Assembly: GCA_964016885.1 (NCBI GenBank)
Contig: OZ024752.1
Coordinates: forward strand, 36,456,001-36,520,000
DNA: 64,000 bases
Direction of reading: 5' to 3'
DNA from: Eledone cirrhosa
Taxonomy: Eukaryota
Shown in pieces: positions 37,601-50,961 of the stretch. The notes beneath the pieces are model-generated. The model did no database searches and was not told the DNA's origin. It saw only the letters and a list, made by a program, of their open reading frames with translations. The translations under genes and the position numbers were made by a program. How positions within the stretch are numbered: position 1 is the stretch's first letter; each line of letters opens with the position of its first letter.

Positions 37601-40049
37601 TCAAAGGAACAGGATTCACTGAAGTATATTGTAGTTGAGGACTACCTAATGGTGTGATATTTCTGTTAGTAAATTCCATTGGGTAAATTGAGCTGCTTGT
37701 AAGTGGTGGAGAAGCAGGGTTTTGGTCTCTGATCATTTGCCTCTCGCATTTTATTAAGGGTACGTTAGGATGACGTCTAAACAAAGGCAAAGATCCTACA
37801 TTTGCTGCTGTTTTCATGAAATGCTGCCTGCATCTTCTTGAACATTTTAAAGACCTGACAAGGTGACTCGGAAGATCATTTAAATCGACGGAGCCAAAAT
37901 AACCAAGTTCTGATAATACAACACAACAGTGAATACTTCGAGCTATTTCAAATAAAATAGTATAGTGGGTTAAGGATTTTTTATATTTAGATGATTTAGC
38001 CAACATAGAGCTAAATAATTTACCAAAAGACAATTTTCGATTCTTTTTAAGCCCTGCTGCATATTTTGTACGGTCTGGCAATGATGGTGCCAGATTTTCT
38101 GTATGATTTTGAAGCAATGTCGGTGATAACTGTGTGTTTGGATTTTGAAGTAATGGAGATGATAATTGTGTGTTTGTTTGATATTGAGGTTGTAACTGGG
38201 GTGGAAAGGAACTGTTTGGTAAGTCTTCTCGTTCCAGTTTAGGTGGACTCATATCCCCAGAAACATTTGTTACTGTACAATCATCATCATCAAAGAATTC
38301 TTCTCGTTCTTTTATAACCAAAAGGTCCGCGGCGGATTTTTTCTTTTTATTAACGCTTTTTTGTTTTGATTTAACAGAGGAAAAACCTGGTGCAATTGTT
38401 AGCTTTGGAGGAGAAGAATATATCTGACGTTTAAAAGTTAAAGGTGTTGTCAAGTCCTGAGAATTCATTGGATCTCTATTAGAATCATTGCAAATTTCTA
38501 AGTTGTTTTGGCTAATATTTATATTTCTGTCAGGTAAAACATTTGTTAAAGTTTGTTTAAAATCTATAATAGAAGAAGCATGAACTGGAGGGTGGTCTGA
38601 TAGAAAACTGGTCTGTGAAATAAACTCTTGGGATGGGGAATGGAAAGAACAGAGTGGGATGGAACTGGAGTTAACTGTGGAATAGGAGGGTGCCATACAC
38701 CATGACTGTGATGTGTTCATTAATTGCATTGAGGAGAAAGGAACATTAGGTTTTATAGGAGGAGGAGCAGGAGGAGGTATATTATATACTTTTGGAAAAG
38801 ATTTCCTGGCTCGTGGACCATAAGGTCGTTTAGCAGTAATCTTTTTATCAGAAATGGAATTAGTTTGACAAACTGAATCACTCTTACGAGAAGAACTTAA
38901 CCCAGAAGACATATGAGGCACTGTTGGTGAATTTAAGGAGGTTTTAGCAATGTTCATGGAGGAAAAGTTATATTTTTGCTGATTTGAACCATTGTTTTCA
39001 CACGAAGAACAATTCACACCATTCTTTTCAAGAGATGAAGGAGTAGCAGGAGGATATTTCTGTGTTAAACAAACAGTTTTTAGATTAGCACTGCCTTTGA
39101 CAATTTTGGAATTTTCTGATGTCCCGGTTACATCTTTATTTCCTCTGATAATCTCGACAGATTCTTTCAATTTAGCACATTTTGTAGCGTAGTCACTAAT
39201 ATTCTTTATAGGTTTAGGTAAAATAGAAACATGCTTTCTAACATTCACTTTATTTGGTACTGTTATCACGGCAGCTGTTGGTGAATCAGAGTTATTCCCA
39301 CTGTTGGAAGAACTTGGTTTGACTAGTACCTCATCGTGAAGAGAAGGTGATGAATTAGATGTCACTGACCGATTGATTCGATCAGCCGGGATAACGGACT
39401 TTGAAGTAATTAGTCTACTTTGACTTGATGAAACAGCTGTCAAAGGGGGATTTAAAAGTGCTAAATCTGTTGTACCAGATGTAGGAATGAGTAAAAATTG
39501 TTTGGGTGGCATGTTAGCTTGTGTTTGTGAACCAGTAGTTAGTATAACCATTCCAGGTTTTTTGTTATTCGGAAGCTGATATAAAAATTGATTGTTGTTA
39601 TCTGCAACTGATGTTGTTGTTGATGTTGTTGTTATACTAGTAGCTGTGACATTAGATGTTTTGCAGTTAATTTTCATAGAATGGAAGTCAGCCGGGTAAG
39701 ATTTGTCCGTCACCAAAAGTAACTTTTTTGTACCGTTAGTTGGGGAGGTGATAGTAATTAGGGAATGGATATTTGATTTAATAGCTGCTGGTGTATGGGG
39801 CTCAACTGGAGATGAAAGAGATAAGCCTGTTTGTGTAGCATCTGACTGAGATTTCAGATTGGTCTTTGTGATGGCTGATGTTTTCTTAACACGAATAGCA
39901 GGATCTACTGGTGCTATAACCTTTACTGCTCTTGGTTTTGACTTCCTAAGGCGAATATGGTGAAGTTTGTTCTTGTCATTTTCGCTTTTCCTTGGTCTCC
40001 CACGCCGCGGCTTCGCATTTGTGGCAGGATCACTGGAATTTTGCTCCAT
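34659..40049 (-). CDS. 1796-aa AT-hook-containing, largely low-complexity nuclear protein encoded by one coding exon
   Basis: Uninterrupted 5391-nt ORF in AT-rich DNA. A splice acceptor (tttcag) lies 24 nt before the ATG, so the exon starts at 40073. Three AT-hooks (PRRGRPRK, KKRGRPRK, RKRGRPAK), basic NLS-like tracts and a C-terminal amphipathic helix. No transposon motifs. Confidence 0.9.
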   Translation of the reverse strand: MEQNSSDPATNAKPRRGRPRKSENDKNKLHHIRLRKSKPRAVKVIAPVDPAIRVKKTSAITKTNLKSQSDATQTGLSLSSPVEPHTPAAIKSNIHSLITITSPTNGTKKLLLVTDKSYPADFHSMKINCKTSNVTATSITTTSTTTSVADNNNQFLYQLPNNKKPGMVILTTGSQTQANMPPKQFLLIPTSGTTDLALLNPPLTAVSSSQSRLITSKSVIPADRINRSVTSNSSPSLHDEVLVKPSSSNSGNNSDSPTAAVITVPNKVNVRKHVSILPKPIKNISDYATKCAKLKESVEIIRGNKDVTGTSENSKIVKGSANLKTVCLTQKYPPATPSSLEKNGVNCSSCENNGSNQQKYNFSSMNIAKTSLNSPTVPHMSSGLSSSRKSDSVCQTNSISDKKITAKRPYGPRARKSFPKVYNIPPPAPPPIKPNVPFSSMQLMNTSQSWCMAPSYSTVNSSSIPLCSFHSPSQEFISQTSFLSDHPPVHASSIIDFKQTLTNVLPDRNINISQNNLEICNDSNRDPMNSQDLTTPLTFKRQIYSSPPKLTIAPGFSSVKSKQKSVNKKKKSAADLLVIKEREEFFDDDDCTVTNVSGDMSPPKLEREDLPNSSFPPQLQPQYQTNTQLSSPLLQNPNTQLSPTLLQNHTENLAPSLPDRTKYAAGLKKNRKLSFGKLFSSMLAKSSKYKKSLTHYTILFEIARSIHCCVVLSELGYFGSVDLNDLPSHLVRSLKCSRRCRQHFMKTAANVGSLPLFRRHPNVPLIKCERQMIRDQNPASPPLTSSSIYPMEFTNRNITPLGSPQLQYTSVNPVPLIKQQIEFKKDSFVHNPTPVMKPQFHGNPDMLYTPRTLSNTHFQTPDTEHNYYKLSNERITANYTKSHADLNSDSINKGNLPIFGNNCGHESVVMPNTVNTFYKVPNNAALSCRTAISNTGALRTPLPLPLQQQLAPPLPFSTENSIIGKLKYEIVPKEKLFSMNSSSNMIPLMKNQNDAYRNGILKGNSNNQLVPIPKTLGYKNVKSLEKATTTTSNKTNISGLKKPPEKLPKTPKSEMIVKKKKVVKNKNEKIKRKTFDEKMQLLKENECFMNNTINSALTNNNVMEKLPIKNIKKQPKYEHAPSLEEVQSFYNEPTTTDRVVMLDANDKLLLQKKLEKQPKIPKKRGRPRKDSSSKFSKSPSVNTHPNKTPSKRTSKKAKLQKVKSSGSMKSLVFEIQNRLTRNQGSVSKDVKSVHQCVKKSNIENVIHNIYMVPLRKKKHRLRLSASKLKSIRKKPINWKKIARQPLKTHAITEKEFALKSIRTARKWISTVISYTPNPLAVTFKTELNDMPNVIDSLNNQNRNEYQTTLTGTAMVNNSSTIVPYPYPYPPPLPPPPPPRKRGRPAKLKTLKMQRVSETPNYDHTYQIGVSPCDNSLMKNSSAVARRSILQASKKPMKRRRKRRKPPQRRRSSLPPRAARQPRQCTKATSHSSVSLLEDLSSNLEADVEATREKRLKRRGRRRKKILITNDKAWKQRKRASKIRSKYSKDVLDPHKIVKCPGGLAGENIAHETKLPLMTGSLLSCNNTTKGYITNYINDGKIKSEPSGNYDDVLSENNIFMKPNNEKTFDNNTTELTPKSPAPFLDSNSSNTIKSIPSKSTSLQQVSQSLDFTECDNFSKSNTSPISKTSPLASLCSHDDSEQTYAYGGTPEACHCYENSTDNTASYPQSSSYLFSAERQPFSSVNPSLNVSSFPTQLQYSTTDQERNISSSTPTHHSALLNKFNVGLTPELARIQRLKEMLEQQKRTIAIVKQKLS

Positions 40050-41752
40050 TTTAGCTTATAACATCACAAAAATCTGAAAGAAAAAAGAAAAATAATTCAA
40101 TAATTTACACATTTGTATTCATAAATTGACTTTAAAAAGCTTTAACAACTACAACTGCTCAAAGGTACGATTTGTAGGACATTGCTGCAGAAGTAAGCAA
40201 GAAGTTATACACAAACCACTATATATATAAGCTTCAAACTAAATGTACGAATACTGAAAGAATACGAATACATTATATATATACCCTATATACTTAAACT
40301 GGTGTCAAATGTGGAAACTGGCATTGGAGAAAAAAGCAGGAAGTTATATACAAGTTACTATTGTGGGAACCAACTCATGGGAGACGCAGTAGAGGAAGAC
40401 CTGCTTGAACATTCATTGATCAACTCTCAGTAGGGAGCAATTGAAAATTGTGAATTGTTGAGATGCTTTGTTACTTTATAATGGCTTTTCTATACAATGA
40501 GGTCCTTCCCAGCATAACCAGTCTCCATTTGTGTTCCTTTGTCATCTCCTCTGCGAGGTTCAGCATTTTGAAATTCGTTCTAATTACTTCTGCTCAGGTT
40601 TTTCTTGGCCTTCCTCTACTGCAGCTTTCTTCTACTTCTTCCTATGTCCATACCAGAACAGTCTTCTATCTTGCACATTACACCAGATTCTCTCAGTTCA
40701 TCCATGCCCTGTTGATCATACACACTAACATTACACATCCAACAAAATGCTCATTTCATTTCTCTCCAGCCACAAAATAAAATCTTATTTTGCATTCTAA
40801 AATAGATCAATAATCATTATGTTGTCATTTTGTTTTGTTCTAGAACACTCATCATTAACTGTTCCACTCCCATTCAATTAGCCCTAAAGTCTTTATCTCC
40901 TTTCTGCAATGAATTTGGGCCACTGTGCTAAATTTTGTGATGATTTGTTGATAAATTATGACATTGTTTCAAGACAAACCCGATAGTTTATTATATATAT
41001 ATAATTGTTTCTACTTTTGGCACAAGGCCAGCAATTACCCAGTGCATTACTGGTACTTTATTTTATCGACCCCATAAGGATGAAAGGCAAAGTTAACCTC
41101 GGCAGGATTTGAACTCAGAATGGCAAGGGCCGTAACTGTGCATCAAAACATAGCGTCCGACCCTCTACCGATACTGCCAATCCACTGCCCTTATATATAA
41201 CATACATATGTATTATTATAATATATATAAGTAATTTATCAGTAATTGTGAGTGTTATCAAGACTAAGTGTAAGTAACAAACAAAAAAAGTACAAGTTAT
41301 TTAATATTAACAAAAAAGAAACAAATCTTTCTCCATATATGGCATCTGAGGAAAGAAATAGGTTGATCAGTTCACTTTATTCACAATACACTTAACTAGT
41401 CAATAATAACGGATTGTTTTGAAATGCTAGACAGAGACAACAACAACAACACAAATATCCTAAAAAACATATACCATTTGAATATACAATAGAAATACTG
41501 CCATTATCTACAACTATTCATTTGTAATAGGAAGATCTGATGACGAAAGTTTTGCCATTTTTGTCATTATTAATAATTAACTTTTACTTTGTAAAGTGGC
41601 TGGCATGACTGAAGAGAGACAATATAGCGTAGAGAAAACTCTTCAGTAATTCCTGAGCACATGACAACTTCCCTGGTCCTAGTGCCTCAATAAAATGCAT
41701 TCAGTACACTCTGTAAAATGGTAGTACTGGTGCCACAATAAAATACACCCAG

Positions 41753-42095
41753 TATCATCATCATCACCGTTTTACGTCCGTTCTTCCACGCTAGCATGGG
41801 TTAGACGGGTTGTCCTGTTGTGGGCAGTGTCTGGTCGGCTGACCATGCCTTGCTCATACAGGAACTGATTTGGCTTAATTTCTACAGCTGGATGCCCTTC
41901 CTAACACCAACCTCATTTACAGTGAGTGCTGGGTGCTTTTTTGTGGCGCCTACACGTCCACTTTACAGTGTGGGCTGAGTGCTTTTTTTGCCGTGGCACC
42001 TCTACGACCACCTTGCAGTGGGGTGTGGGGGGGCATATTGTCTATATGCTTCAGCTTGTACCCATGGGAGGTTGGGTACTCTGTATTACTGTATA
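41753..42095 (-). mobile_element. RTE 3'UTR fragment nearly identical to 16912-17258
   Basis: Direct sequence match by eye; (TGA)n tail. Confidence 0.8.
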
Positions 42096-45000
42096 CTCTG
42101 TAAAATGTTAATGGTGGTGCCACGATAAAATGCACCCAGTACACTCTGTAAAATGGTAATGCTGGTGCCATAATAAAATTAATTCAGTATACACTGTAAA
42201 GAAGCAGTGGTGGTGCTATGATAAAATGCACCTAATACACATTGCAAAGTAGTTGGTATTAGGAAGGACATCCAGCTACAATACAGAACATATGAGTAAG
42301 ATGTGGTTCTCTGACCAATATAGTCTCAGACTGTGATGATCCTTCCAACCCATGCCATTATGTTGATCTATATATAGGAAGAATAATTTCAGAAACTAGC
42401 AATAAGAGTTGAAAAACTAAAACTCAGTTTGATTTAGAAACTCTCAATCTCTGGAAGTATCAGGAAGAAGTTTTGGCTCTTCTGAACAATGTAGACTATA
42501 TGTGAACTCCATACAATTCAATATGGCCATATTTGGGACAGTGTAGTCAGAAGTAAATCATATTTACCATGCAAGTTAACTGATGTATAAGAGAATCTAT
42601 AATGATACATTTATATAATGATATTATGTTCAGGTCAGACTATGTAACCAAGTGCAAACTGCTTCATGGTTGAGTGGTTGTCGATTTGAAATTAGAAGGC
42701 AACACGCTGTAATTCAAAACTGTTAAGCACAGTGTCCGATACTTTACTGCACTAAACACCAACTTAATAATGAAAGAGTTACTTCACTAAATTTTTCTAC
42801 TACTTGAATATTTTCAAAATATAGTGAAACATGTAGGTGGTCTATTTAAAAAAAAAATTATTGTACAAAATCTGTAAACAATACATTAGAACAATGAAAC
42901 ATTCAAAAGATACTTCACCAAAGTAATTCATTTATAGTACTTAATACATTTGTAGAAAAGGTTGAAAAAGTGTGTGTGGGTTACAACTCGCTAAACTCTC
43001 AACAGGACATTAGATTGGAAGAAAAAAACATCTAGACCCTTTCATTAGTATTTTTCTTATGAAATACACTGCGTAAAATTTTCAAATAATTTTGAAAATA
43101 ATCAAGAATTTAGAGGGAATTAGTAACTTAACTAACTGCTTCATCGGAACATAACTTAGAGATTCTTACATGAAATTCTGAAAGGAGAAATTTTTAGATC
43201 TGAAAGTTTTCTTTATAGATAAAGAATTACAAGTAGAAACTATATAAAAAAAAACATCAACAATAACATATATCACTTAGTGAGAACCTAGATTTCAGCA
43301 CATATTGAAATGTGTTAAAATATCCTCAATTTTGACAAGTAGAATGAAACATTCTGTTTTGAATTGTTAAAATATTTCATAATATGAAGAGGGAAAAACT
43401 GAGAATGTAGTTTTGAATAATATTAATCCAAATTTCAATTCCTCACAATGTATACCATTTTACTGGTTTCAGTCATTGGACTGGAGACAGTGTTGAACTT
43501 ACCTACGAACTAAATAAGCTTTAGCTTAGGGCCACACACCCTCAGGGGCTTCGTTTTTTTTAAATATAAGAGCTGATATAGTAAGGTGCCAGTTTAAGGC
43601 ATTTGGTCATCAGAAGAGGTAGAAAACTCGCTTCAATTCAGTATTCGTGCTAACCCTTATCTATGGTCATGACTGAAAGAATACAATCACGAATACATGC
43701 AGCAGAAATGGAGTTCCTCCGAAGCGTCTTTGGAGTAATGTTACTTGATAGAGTGCATAGTTCGGAGATCAGAGCTCTGCTATTATGGACATGTGGTTAG
43801 AATGCCCCAGGAAATATATATATATTTAGATGTTGAGTGCATAGTTCAGAGATCAGAGCTCTGATATTATGGACATGTGGTTAGAATGCCCCAGGAAATA
43901 TATATATATTTAGATGTTGAAGTCAACAAATGAAGATATCATAAGCACAGCTAGGATATTATATTAATCGTCATCTGGATTATATAGTATTATCATATAT
44001 TGACACACATCATGAGTTATTTACTTAATCTATATTTATCTTCTTATTTAAGTCGATTAAAGTTAGCTATGGACAAGTCCTTAACTATTTTTCTTCATAG
44101 GAAATACAGCATTTAACCTGGCCAGAATTTTCTCACCTCTTTCTGTTCAAACCAGCTGTAACTGGCTGATCATACTGATGTTAAGGTATTGTTCTTAAAA
44201 TAAATAATATCAAAATCTCATAGATTCAATATTATGTGAGATAAAACCCATGAAAATATAATAGTAAATATAGAGTAATGTAAATGCTAAAGGGTTAAGG
44301 CAGGGCTTCTTCTTAAAGTGATCTAAGGGACAACCCTGACAGTCAACTGAATTTTGGAACAAAAAAAAACAAACAAACAAACAAACTGATATTAAAATAA
44401 TACAATAAAACACAATTTGCTTATGCAGGTTTCTGATTTATATATAATATATTTGACGGTTTATAAGACGCACCACAATTTGGGCAGGCATTTAAAAAAA
44501 ATAAACAGGTTTAAACTACGGATGTCAAAGTGAAGGGTATAGAGTTTGTACATGGTATTTTTTTAATTATAATTCTACATTGTAATTCTAGTTGTAATAT
44601 TTTAGCACATTTTTAAAACAAAGAAGTGTGAAACTTTAATTTAAGGACCACTGCAGCATTAGAACTCCACTTGCCAGTAACCTGAACTGATCCTTGACCT
44701 TATAAGATGGAGAATTACTTTCTGGGACATTTTTTTGAAAACAAAGTGTGTCTTATAAAATGTCAAATATGATAATTAGACTTTATTTACTATTTTATTT
44801 ACATTCCTTGGTCAAGGATTTCATGAAGGAGGAAATGGTCTAAAAAGTTTTGGGATCTCTAATTTAAAGGATCCTTTCCACATGTACAGATTCTAATTAT
44901 ATTTTCATCTAACTGCTTTCAGTACTTATATTAATCATCAATATTGATGGTTCTTCAATAATATTGATTTCATTAGGATTATGATAATTGCTTGTTCTAC

Positions 45001-45789
45001 ATCTGCTGGCTATTGTTGTAGGCTTAGATTTCAAACACATCGCCATATTCTCCGATCCTGTGATGCTCTCTACAGTAAAAAGTACTATCTTTTTTCTACT
45101 TTGCCCACTTATTTCTGGGGTCATGAGGGCACAGTCCTCAAACAACCCTTCCGTGGGTCCTGTCTGAAGCAACCGTCTCCAATTGATTGGGTTAGATCCC
45201 CAAGTGAGCCCAGCTGAGCTCATGGATGTTATCCAACCATCTTGCTCAGGGTCTAGCTTGGGTCTCCTGTCAGTTGGTTTTTGCCCTTAAAATCTGTGCA
45301 GTAACATTCTAACCTGTAGTATCAGAGCTGTGATCCCTCAATTTGGTGAACTAGCAACTCTACCTGGAGTGAATCTCTGATCTTTGAGCTACGATAGTTT
45401 TCTCACCCTAAAATTTCATGTATCTATTAAACCAAGGAACAGCAACATTTTTTTGTAATGGTCCACATGTTTATATCATATCATGCACACATGGTCCTGT
45501 AACTCCCGGTGGACTCGTAGGAGAGCCTTAGTGGTATAAGGCGTCTTTAGGGCATTTTATGCCTGACGGAGACCACCCCTCTCATATCATACAGACAGGA
45601 ATTTAAAAAGGCCTGAAGCCTGCAGAGAATACTTCCATGGGTCACCTATTGCTGATCCCTATGTTAAACCTTTAGATAGCAACCCACCCAAGCCATTATT
45701 TGGTCTCTATAAGACAAAATCACTCGTTTTAAAAGTCTTCCAATCTAAATTAAAACACCTATCATAATTTTATGTGACTCTTTTTGTTA

Positions 45790-46455
45790 AATAATTGTTT
45801 CTACCTTTGGCACAAGGCCAGCAATTACCCCTGTGCATTACTGCTACTTTATTTTATCGACTCCGTAAGGATGAAAGGCAACATTAACCATGGCGGGATT
45901 TGAACTCAGACCGTAAAGGGACGTAATTCTTGCTGCAAAACATGGCGTCCGACCTTCTACCGATACTGCCAATCCACCGCCTTTTTTGTTAAATAATTGT
46001 TTCTACTTTAGGCACAAGGCCAGCAATTACCCAGTGCATTACTGGTACTTTATTTTATCGACCCCCTAAGGATGAAAGGCAAAGTCAACCTCGGCGGGAT
46101 TTGAACTCAGATCATAAAGGGACGTTTTTTGTTAAATAATGTTCCACAAACACCAGCTTGGCGAATGGGAGAAGTTAGTTAAATTTGATAAACCTTTACA
46201 AATTACTGCACAACGTGGGCTCATCGATATTATCTAAATGATGGATTGGCAGAATCGTTAAAGCGCCGAACAATATTTGTGGAATATGGTTACGTCCCTT
46301 TTTACGTTCTGAGTTCAAATCCCGCCGAGGTTAGTTTTGCATTTCATCCTTACGTGGTCGATAAAATAAAGTACCAGTAATGCACCGGGATCGATTCAAT
46401 CAACTTCCCCCATTCCCCAAATCGTTGGCCTTGTGCCTAAATCAGAAATCATTAT
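45790..46455. mobile_element. Cluster of three SINEs: two tandem (-) copies and one (+) copy
   Basis: Family core at 45790-45980 and 45991-46125 (minus) and at 46220-46455 (plus). Confidence 0.8.
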
Positions 46456-47198
46456 TTAAATACTTTAAAATCAACCGGTATCATCGTTTGTTGACAGTTA
46501 ATTCTTTTTTTTTTTAAATGAGAGAGAATTGAGTATGTATATAAAATAGCAAGTATGCACTAAAATAGTTAATGAAAAAGCCTCTATGTAGTACTCGATA
46601 TTCTAGAAATAACAGCCAACAAACCTCACCCCGCTGTCTTAAATAAGAAAGGTCAAACTAGATAAGGTAGTCATAGAGACATGTCAAAATAAAATATGGT
46701 ATGTTTCATGGTTGGAACGCTTTTGATTATAGGCCTGCTGTGTCTGAGATCAAAAAACGACCACGAACAGCAAATAATACAAATGTAATATAAGCCTTAT
46801 ATATGTAACCAACATTTCGATAGATTTCGATGACGAGTGTTTTAAATAAACGTTCGATCAACGGAACGGCCTATTTACTTATTATTGAATTAACGTACGA
46901 GAGGTTTACTTTCACAGACACGTGTACGCTTAACGTAGGGTATCAATGATGGCAAGGCTAGATCTTTGAATTGCAAAGTAGTCAGTCATTTCATTCGACG
47001 GACTTTCGAGTAGTCTCCGTCTACCAAATTTCACATACAAGGCTTGGACTGACCGGCAATTTATAGTCTAAGATTAACACTTACCGAAGATGACATCAAG
47101 CGTGATCGGTCCTGGCCGCTTATGAACTCAACGAACTTTTTAACCAGGCCTGCGTCCATAATATAATACAGAAAGTACGCACTAAACCACAAATACAC

Positions 47199-47259
<61 letters not shown>

Positions 47260-47827
47260 CTGCTAAAAAAATATATACACACTTATAAATATAAAAAATA
47301 TATACACACTTATAAATATATAATATATATATATATATATATTTAATTATTCAACAGTACATTTCTTGCATCAAGATATCTCAACACGGAAATTCATCTT
47401 TTATATGTATATATATACAGACGCATGTGTGTGTGTGTGTGTATGTATGTGTATGTATGTATGTGTGTAAGCGTGTGTGTATGCATGTATGTATGTATGT
47501 AATACGTATATTGCAAGAACGAAAGTATAAGACAAAGAAAAGATATCGATGGGTCCCGCGTTGTAAAATTAGAATCCTGGCAAAAAGTCACAGAAAAACT
47601 TCAATGACTGATTATATATTATATAAAATGTATTGGACATCAAATCTTTCTGCATCCGTGTATATAATTGTGTGTTATTATCTGTGTAATAAAATCATGT
47701 AATACCACTTAATGAGAGACTTATAAAATATTTGTTTACTCGCTTTCACTATTATCCGTGGTATTTAAATGAAATGACATTTTTCGCCGTCTAACTTGGC
47801 GACATTTCTCCTGCCTTTAGTAGGAGT

Positions 47828-48058
47828 GAGTGCTCCCTGTTGCTAGTATTAGGGACCCAGGAGTGCTCCCTGTTGCTAGTATTAGGGGTCTAGAAATGCT
47901 TCCTGTTGCTTGTATTAGGGGCCTAGGAATGCTCCCTAATGCTAGTAATAGAGACCTATGAGTGCTCACTGTTGCAAATATCAGGACCCAAGAGCGCTCT
48001 CTGTCGCAAGTATTAGGGACCCAGGAGTACTATCTGTTGCAAGTATTAAGGTCCCAGG
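47828..48058. repeat. 33-bp minisatellite, 7 copies
   Basis: Unit gagtgctccctgttgctagtattagggacccag. Confidence 0.85.
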
Positions 48059-50961
48059 TCTCTCCACCTAAAGTTTTGGAAGCCCAGAAAAGGGTCATGG
48101 GCTTTCAAAACTTCTTTTGAATAAGCGATAAAAAAAAAAGGGGGAACTCTCTCGTGGGCCTCATCTAACGTACTTTCTGCTAGTATTTATATTTATTTTT
48201 CTTTGTAACCCCTACCCCTTTTCTTGTGCTAACTATTTCTGTCTTTCCCTACTAACATAAGAATGTGATACTAATATAAACAATAGATTTCTTTAAAACT
48301 AAAATTCTCCATACGAATTCAATGGAAATTCGTAAAAAAAAAAAGAAAAAAAAAAAGAAATATTACGGCTAAAATAAAAAGAAGAAAAAGGAATGAGGCT
48401 AAACTTCGTTACTTGTTTAAACATTTAAAGTAAGTCTATTCATTAAGCTCATCACCCTGTCCTCTCTGGTAAGTTGCATATCATCTGTCCATCTTTCCTC
48501 CACAGAGAATGGAAAGAGGCTAAACATAGTTACTTGTTCAAACATTTATAGTAAGTCCATTCGCCTATAGTAAGTTCATTCATCACGTTTCATAACAAAT
48601 TCATCCTCTCTGGAGAGTGCATATCTTCTGTCCATCTTTCTTTCATCCACAGATCATCGTTTAATCTATTTGTCGTCGTGCTAACGATATAGCGAGACCT
48701 GACAAAGCTGTTTGATTTGCTAAAAAATAACAACCAAATTCTTTCAAATCACACCCTACTAACTTACTGTCCTGACAAAAATAGTCCCTAAATATACAAA
48801 ATGACGAAATAACCACGACAAAACCAATATTAATTCATAGTTCTGTTCGACCAGGCTTGACTTAAGGCTAATAACCGACCTATTTATAGGTAAAAAAAAA
48901 AACACCACCAAACAACATACCAACAACCTGGAACCACTAAAAAGACAAACAGGCCTTCAGATGGGTGTACGTGAAATACCTAGATACGAACATATAAAGA
49001 ATGTACCATACCACTATGGAGAAAATTGTTGCAGAGTGCACTGAGTGTGGTCTGTGGTCCATGGAAAACACTGGAAACAAAACGCGTTGTATATATAATA
49101 AATACGAGACTAATGGTATATTAAAATCAAGGATTATATAGTAAATACCAAAAATAGGAAGAAAAAAAAATGTCCTTATACCCCAATCGTAAAAAAAGTG
49201 TAGAAAATAGCAACACATACACACACAAGTGGTGTTGAAATAATGAAAGATTGTACGTGACACGGACGGACCTATGGTATACGACATATTACGGACTACG
49301 ACCCCTCCCACAAAATATCTGAAGAATAGGGGGTGGACTACAAGCTGTCACACCACACAATCTAACATTTCCTATATCGTCATCGAAATATACAAACCGA
49401 ATTAAAGCAACACTAATATTTCCTACAGTAATATTTCCGCATCTCCAAAGATTCGAACCGAACTAAAGCATATATATATATATATATTATGGAATACTGT
49501 TGGCTTCTTGCTACAATAATTTCTACACTTTTCATTTATATATATATAATGACAAACAGAGACAATTAATATATATTACCGTTAAATTAACTGTTCAAAA
49601 GGTTTTTGCTAGTAAAATCGATCAATTTTTTTACATTTAAATAAAGTTAAATTCTTCTGTGCACCCACCAATATTTATTCCTATCTATCTCTATCTCTAT
49701 ATATATAACAGTGTACGTAACCCCTTCTTCTGTCTGAGAATTTTATGCCAGGTCGAGAGGCGTCTTAATTACTTTGTTATTTAGTTTTAAAACTTGTATA
49801 ATTAATGACTTTGTTTTGATCCAGAAACTTGGGAGGGGGGGGGGGGGGTTAATAATCTTTATTACTTTTTATTGTAATATTTTTGTATAACAATGTTAAA
49901 TTGAAATTTAACGAAATGATGTCCTTATTTATTATATATATATATAAATATTTGCTTATTATTTATTTATGTAGGCAACTGGAGCATTCAGGAACCTGTT
50001 TTGTGGTGGCTTGACGTTCTAGAAATAGCAGCCAAATCACTATAAGAGAACACTACCGTCTTAGAAAAAAAAAAAAGAGATGATACATTCGAGAATGTAA
50101 GTCTCAGAATGTATAAAAATACGGGGATGGTCAGCACTGGAACTACGTTTGTTCATAGGACTGACCTTAGGCTAAACAACAATAATGGTTTCTGATTTAG
50201 GTACAAGGATAACAATTTTTGTGGGAGGAGAAAGTCGGATAAATCGACCCCAGTTTGTTACTGGTACTTTATTTTATCGACTCAGTAAGGATGAAAGGCA
50301 AAGCTAATCTCGGTGGGATTTGAACTCAAAACAACTAGAGCAGAGTCCAAGTTTTTCTCAAGATAATAAATCTAGTAGTAATTTTCTAAGGACAGACCAG
50401 ATACAATAATATACTTTTAAAGACAAAACTGGGAACTGGTGACTTAATAGTTCAAACTAAAATATCACAAAATTTGAAGATCAAAACTCCATAAATTTGT
50501 TGTTATTGGTTATGAAAAGTTGAATGAAAGAAGAAAATAGTAAAGAGAGAGAGAGAAGAGAAAATATTTCTGAGAGTGAGTGCTGTAGCAGAATGTAAAT
50601 AATAATAGTTTTATAGAGAAATAAAAGATTTTGGATTTCGCTGGTCAGACAGAAGAATTGTGATTCGACATTACTTTTAAAACAATGCCATATATATATA
50701 TTTATATGTATATACAGGGTGTATAAAAAAGAATTCTGAAATCGGATGATTATTTTTAATACAGCATAGATATATATTAATAATAAATAAAAGTGTATAT
50801 TTATATACAGCATTAATTTTTATATATAAAACTATTTATATGAAAATATTTTACATATGCACGGACCAGCTAGTGACCGTTTGTTTGTTAAGATATAAAT
50901 TAGTTTTAGTTTCTGAACTAGATTTCATATTTTACTTGCAACAGCAATAATATCATAAATA

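Noticed and set aside
35332-39192. Plus-strand ORFs overlapping the large gene
   Set aside because: Antisense shadows of the 1796-aa ORF with no independent features.
41537-41552. CTGATGA-CGAAA hammerhead-like core
   Set aside because: No stem II or stem I can be formed.
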